Made by a program: the position numbers and the translations under genes. A stretch of 64,000 bases of DNA from Candidatus Poribacteria bacterium (GTDB lineage Bacteria; Poribacteria; WGA-4E; PCPOR2b). The stretch covers positions 1,856,001 to 1,920,000 of the forward strand of contig OZ242326.1 in NCBI GenBank assembly GCA_965208325.1. Reading direction: 5' to 3'. Shown here piece by piece: positions 60,477 to 64,000 of the stretch. Within the stretch, counting starts at the first letter, position 1, and each line of letters begins with the position of its first letter. The notes beneath the pieces were generated by a model. The model did no database searches. It saw only the letters and a program-made list of their open reading frames with translations, and was not told the DNA's origin.

Positions 60477-60937
60477 ATGACGCAAGACCTATTGACGCAA
60501 GCCGCCGCGGCTGCGAATGACGGCGACCTTGCGGCACTCAGAGATTTACTCACCTCCTCCCCTGCAGTTCTCACGGCAAGAGATTCAGACGGGCGCACGC
60601 TGCTCGATTTCGCCTGCCGCGCCGCGACGGAAGACATCGCCATACCGCTGAAACCGGGCACGCCCGAACAACATGCCGCCGTTGACCTAATCCTGGAAGC
60701 GGGCGCCGACCCGTCGGCCTGCGACAAAGATAACTGGACGCCGTTGCACACCGCGATGATGCCACCGCCATGCACCTTGCGGCGCAATACAACTGTTTAG
60801 ACTGCTTGAACCTGCTGCTCGACCACGGCGCAGATCCGAGCATCGTTGACGGCGCCCACAACAGCACACCGAAGGAGTGGGCTGAATTTCAGGGTTCAGC
60901 GGAAGCTGCTGCGATATTGAGCCGGCGAGCCGGATAA
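60477..60937 (+). pseudogene. ankyrin repeat gene broken by a frameshifting deletion
   Basis: The first frame ends at WTPLHTA. A second frame resumes near 60758 as DATAMHLAAQYNCLDCLNLLLDHGADPS..TPKEWA to TAA at 60937. Confidence 0.8.
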
Positions 60938-60991
60938 TGTGCTAGTCCACATCTTGCAGAACGCATTGCTCACGCAACGGCAGTGCGTGTG

Positions 60992-61021
60992 TTGACCCAT
61001 ACGCGGATTTTATGTTATAAT
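60992..61021 (+). promoter_or_regulatory. sigma70-type promoter
   Basis: TTGACC-18nt-TATAAT with a TG extended -10. Confidence 0.55.
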
Positions 61022-61065
61022 CCCGTGCTTCAGAAAATTTTGTGATTGTTTTGGCGGAGGAGACC

Positions 61066-61158
61066 ATGCCGCTCAACAGGTATTTAAACTTCGCGGACAA
61101 CCGCCGCGAGGTGTTTGAGTCGAGGATTTTCCCAAATGACGGTGGAAATGAACCATAA
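61066..61158 (+). pseudogene. 5' remnant of a PhnB-like VOC gene
   Basis: GGAGG RBS; MPLNRYLNFADNRREVFE versus MTLNTYINFEDNCREAFE at 58224. Confidence 0.65.
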
Positions 61159-61618
61159 AGCTAAGTTGCGCACATGTCTGTGGTTTGACCATCAGGGTGA
61201 AGAGGCTGCGAATTTTTACGTATCGCTATTGCCGGACAGCCGCATTGAAAGGGTTTACCGGCCGGATCCGGATTGCCCTGCGCTGGTGGTTGAGTTCACA
61301 CTTGCCGGTGCGCCTTATATGGTGTTGAACGGAGGGCCGCACTACGAACTTAATCCAGCGGTGTCGATCTCCGTATTGACAAAGGATCAGGAAGAAACCG
61401 ACGAACTGTGGGCGGCGTTAACCGCCGACGGCGGAAGCCCCAGCCGTTGTGGATGGCTTATCGACAAATACGGATTGTCGTGGCAGATTATACCAGAGGC
61501 ATTGCCGCGTCTACTGGGTTCCGACGATACAGCAGCGGCGCAAAGAGCGCACGACGCCATGATGAAGATGGGTAAGATAGACATTGCTGCACTTGAATCT
61601 GCCTTCGACGGTAAATGA
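61136..61618 (+). CDS. VOC family protein (3-demethylubiquinone-9 3-methyltransferase-like)
   Basis: TCLWFD.QGEEAANFYVS, LNGGP, DQEETD.LW..L, CGWLIDKYGLSWQI, MMKMGKIDIA; start could be 61148. Confidence 0.88.
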   Translation: MTVEMNHKAKLRTCLWFDHQGEEAANFYVSLLPDSRIERVYRPDPDCPALVVEFTLAGAPYMVLNGGPHYELNPAVSISVLTKDQEETDELWAALTADGGSPSRCGWLIDKYGLSWQIIPEALPRLLGSDDTAAAQRAHDAMMKMGKIDIAALESAFDGK

Positions 61619-61842
61619 CGGATAACGCCGAAGGGTTGAAATTAGCAGGATTCAGGAATAGCTTGTTGCTTTAGGCAATATAATAACACTGTCGAACCAG
61701 AATAAGACTGGATTCGATCGCATTTTCGCTCCGCAATATTCCCCTTGGCTAATCGTCACATGGGCTAAGTCGGGCTAATGTAATTGCCCGGTCTAATGAA
61801 GCATATTGAGATGGACGCGAAAAGAGGATTGGACGAAGTACG

Positions 61843-62193
61843 ATGCGAGTCATGGTACTGATCAAGGCAAATGAAGCGTATGAGGGGGGCGGCATGCCGT
61901 CGAAAGCGCAGATTGCCGCCATGGGTAAGTTCAACCAGGAGATAGTCCAGGCGGGTGTAATGTTGGGCGGCGACGGATTGAAGCCGTCTTCAAAGGGTGT
62001 CCGCGTGGATTGTACGGGCGGCGAGCGGGTTGTTATTGAGGGGCCGTTTCCGGAAACGAAGGAGTTGATTTCCGGCTATTGGCTTTGGCAGGTAGAATCG
62101 TTGAATGAGGCGATCGAGTGGATTCGGCGTTCTCCTTTCGGGGAAGGGACGGTTGAGTTGCGCCCGGTTTTCGAGCCGGAAGATTACCGGTAA
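61843..62193 (+). CDS. YciI/DGPF domain protein
   Basis: MGKFNQE..AGV.LGGDGLKPSSKG, EGPFPETKELISGYW..V.S..EAIEW. Confidence 0.88.
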   Translation: MRVMVLIKANEAYEGGGMPSKAQIAAMGKFNQEIVQAGVMLGGDGLKPSSKGVRVDCTGGERVVIEGPFPETKELISGYWLWQVESLNEAIEWIRRSPFGEGTVELRPVFEPEDYR

Positions 62194-62240
62194 GCATTCT
62201 CGATTAAACCGCGTTAGTTAGGAAGAGGGTGAAAATAAAT

Positions 62241-62675
62241 ATGACGGACGAGACAGGACTCCGCGGCGCTGCGATTATTCCGGGCTTGCGTTACGTAGAC
62301 GCGCCGGGCGCGATAGAGTGGCTGTGCGCAGCCTTCGGTTTCGAGCGGCATCTTGTGGTGCCGGGTGAAAATGGCAAGATTGCGCATGCCCAGCTCACGT
62401 TTCGAAACAGCATGATTATGCTGGGTTCGGGGCACGACGGGGATTACGATGAGTTGCTAATCCATCCGAAAGATGCCGGCGCTGTGACGCAGGCGCCGTA
62501 TGTGATAGTGGATGATGTGGATGCGCATTGCGACCGCGCACGCGCCGTGGGCGCCGAGATAATTATGGAGCCGGCTGACCAGGATTACGGCGGACGCCTT
62601 TATAGCTGCCGAGATATTGAGCGGCATGTATGGAATTTTGGTTCTTATGATCCGTGGGCAGAATTAGAACACTAG
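62241..62675 (+). CDS. VOC/glyoxalase-bleomycin resistance family protein
   Basis: IPGLRY.DAPGAIEWL..AFGF, HAQL, VDDVDAH..RA..GA, QDYGGR.Y..RD.E..W.FG.YDPW. Confidence 0.88.
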   Translation: MTDETGLRGAAIIPGLRYVDAPGAIEWLCAAFGFERHLVVPGENGKIAHAQLTFRNSMIMLGSGHDGDYDELLIHPKDAGAVTQAPYVIVDDVDAHCDRARAVGAEIIMEPADQDYGGRLYSCRDIERHVWNFGSYDPWAELEH

Positions 62676-62834
62676 AGAACTGTCCAGGCGCGGACGCAGC
62701 GACATTCGACCTACCCGAAGTGTTCTTCTCGGAGTTGCGTACTGTAGGCATAGTAGGATTGGAACGATTGGGTACCCGAAGCGCCACGTGATTTGCCATC
62801 ATCTCATCAAGAGCGACACCGCGGGAGTGTATTT

Positions 62835-63599
62835 GTGAAGCGCTTAAACTCAGAATCTACGCGAGAGGGTCGGTCCCGACTTTACTCGTCAACCGCACTC
62901 TGCCGGGCGTTGCGGGCGGGTTTGCGGGAAAAAGCCGACCCCGAATTGGCGCCTGGGATGCAGGCGTACATGAAATCGGAGATGCCCTATCTCGGCTTGC
63001 GGGCGCCCGCGTTGAAAGCGGTGTGCCGGCAGGTCTTCGCTGCACACCCGATCACAACCCGGAAGCGTTGGATCGACACGGTTCTTGCGGTCTGGCGCGG
63101 CGCGGAACACCGTGAAGAACGTTACGCCGCCATCAACCTCGCGGATTACGACGCTTACGACGACTTTCAGACGCTTGAAGCGCTTCCTTGTTACGAGGAG
63201 ATGATTGTTGACGGTGCGTGGTGGGACTATATTGACGCCATCGCGCCTCGACTGGTCGGCGGGCTGCTCATGCGCTACCCTGACGATATGAGAGGGGTGA
63301 TGCTGGAGTGGGCGCACTCGCCCGATATCTGGAAACGCCGCTCGTCCATCATTTGTCAACTGAAATTCAAGGACGCCACAGATTTCGATTTGATCCAAGC
63401 GTGTATCGAGCCGTCGATTGACCACCGCGAATTTTTCCTGCGCAAAGCGATTGCTTGGGCGTTGCGCGAATACGCCAAGACCGAACCGGACGCCGTCATC
63501 GCATATATCAGGGAGAACGCGGATCGGTTGAGCCCATTCAGCAAAAAGCAAGCGGTACGCCTGCTCATCCGGTCGGGCCGCATTGACGCCGTGCCCTAA
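62835..63599 (+). CDS. DNA alkylation repair protein (AlkD-like)
   Basis: MQAYMKSEMPYLG, REERYAA, GAWWDYID, W.RRSSII.QL, EFFLRKAIAWALREYAK; start uncertain. Confidence 0.85.
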   Translation: MKRLNSESTREGRSRLYSSTALCRALRAGLREKADPELAPGMQAYMKSEMPYLGLRAPALKAVCRQVFAAHPITTRKRWIDTVLAVWRGAEHREERYAAINLADYDAYDDFQTLEALPCYEEMIVDGAWWDYIDAIAPRLVGGLLMRYPDDMRGVMLEWAHSPDIWKRRSSIICQLKFKDATDFDLIQACIEPSIDHREFFLRKAIAWALREYAKTEPDAVIAYIRENADRLSPFSKKQAVRLLIRSGRIDAVP

Positions 63600-63708
63600 C
63601 GGGCTATCGGGATTCGGGCGAGAAGGAGGTATGATTTGCTCAATCTCAGCCGGAGCCGCAGTTCTTTTTCGGCGTTATGCCGAAACATTGAAAAAGGGAA
63701 TACCAAAT

Positions 63709-64000
63709 ATGACAAGATTTCATTTTTCAGTCACGATTTCCGCGCCGCGATCCACTGTTTGGCACGTGCTGGTGGACGATGAGACGTTCAGGCAGTGGAA
63801 CAGCGTTTTTTGCGAGGGTTCGTATTTTGAAGGTGACTGGAGCGCGGGCAGCACTATTCGCTTCCTCACGCCTGAAAAGAGAGGGTTAGTGGGGGAAATC
63901 GCCGAAAATCGAAAGCACGAGTTTTTGTCAATCGAGCACCGGGGGTGTATTATCGACGGCGTCGACAATTTCGAAAATGACGACGCGAAGGCATGGTCGC
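63709..64000 (+). CDS. SRPBCC/AHSA1 domain protein (3'-truncated)
   Basis: Read manually: MTRFHFSVTISAPRSTVWHVL.DDETFRQW..F.EGSYFEGDWSAGSTIRFL..; runs off the window. Confidence 0.82.
   Translation, partial: MTRFHFSVTISAPRSTVWHVLVDDETFRQWNSVFCEGSYFEGDWSAGSTIRFLTPEKRGLVGEIAENRKHEFLSIEHRGCIIDGVDNFENDDAKAWS

Noticed and set aside
62676..62802. Possible minus-strand VOC relic (NHVALRVP)
   Set aside because: Only an 8-residue resemblance; insufficient support
53703..64000. Prophage/ICE integrated at tRNA-Asn, or an integron cassette array
   Set aside because: No integrase, phage genes, duplicated tRNA 3' end or recognisable attC sites seen within the window

Overview
Bacterial chromosomal window. 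The WD40 protein style (RLGKG header, FSPDG repeats), ankyrin proteins and very dense REP-like repeats suggest Candidatus Poribacteria or a similar lineage; this is inference only. In order, it holds: a partial beta-barrel-like gene; ankyrin and DUF5990-like genes; a Tat-exported PaoABC-type molybdo-flavoprotein operon with a small Cys-rich gene; a LarA-family racemase; a sigma54 activator with a degenerate receiver; rluD, iscS and thrS; a split DUF6178-like pair; DUF2617-speE; and TolC plus an ABC ATPase. Next is a ~12 kb defence island: a GxxExxY nuclease, hsdM, hsdS, an unknown + DUF1828-like pair, an ABC-ATPase/TOPRIM gene, hsdR and an M48 peptidase. After it come a beta-RFAP synthase, an ATP-grasp gene, a MoxR/DUF58/VWA operon with WD40 and repeat-domain genes in the middle, rfbB, mutL, tRNA-Asn(GTT), an AlbA_2 protein and a long run of small VOC/DUF1801/GyrI/DUF899/YciI/AlkD/SRPBCC genes. 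Most intergenic space is filled by mosaic GTAG-type REP elements amplified in tandem and mostly facing one way regardless of gene direction. Three candidates for undescribed biology stand out. (1) A GxxExxY nuclease gene is framed by 42-bp tandem repeats and an inverted terminal repeat, and has two internally deleted MITE-like copies. (2) An ATPase-TOPRIM gene and a two-gene module sit in the hsdS-hsdR slot that PrrC occupies in EcoprrI. (3) The REP mosaics are strand-polarised and appear to spread locally. All family names are from motif recognition, not database searches.
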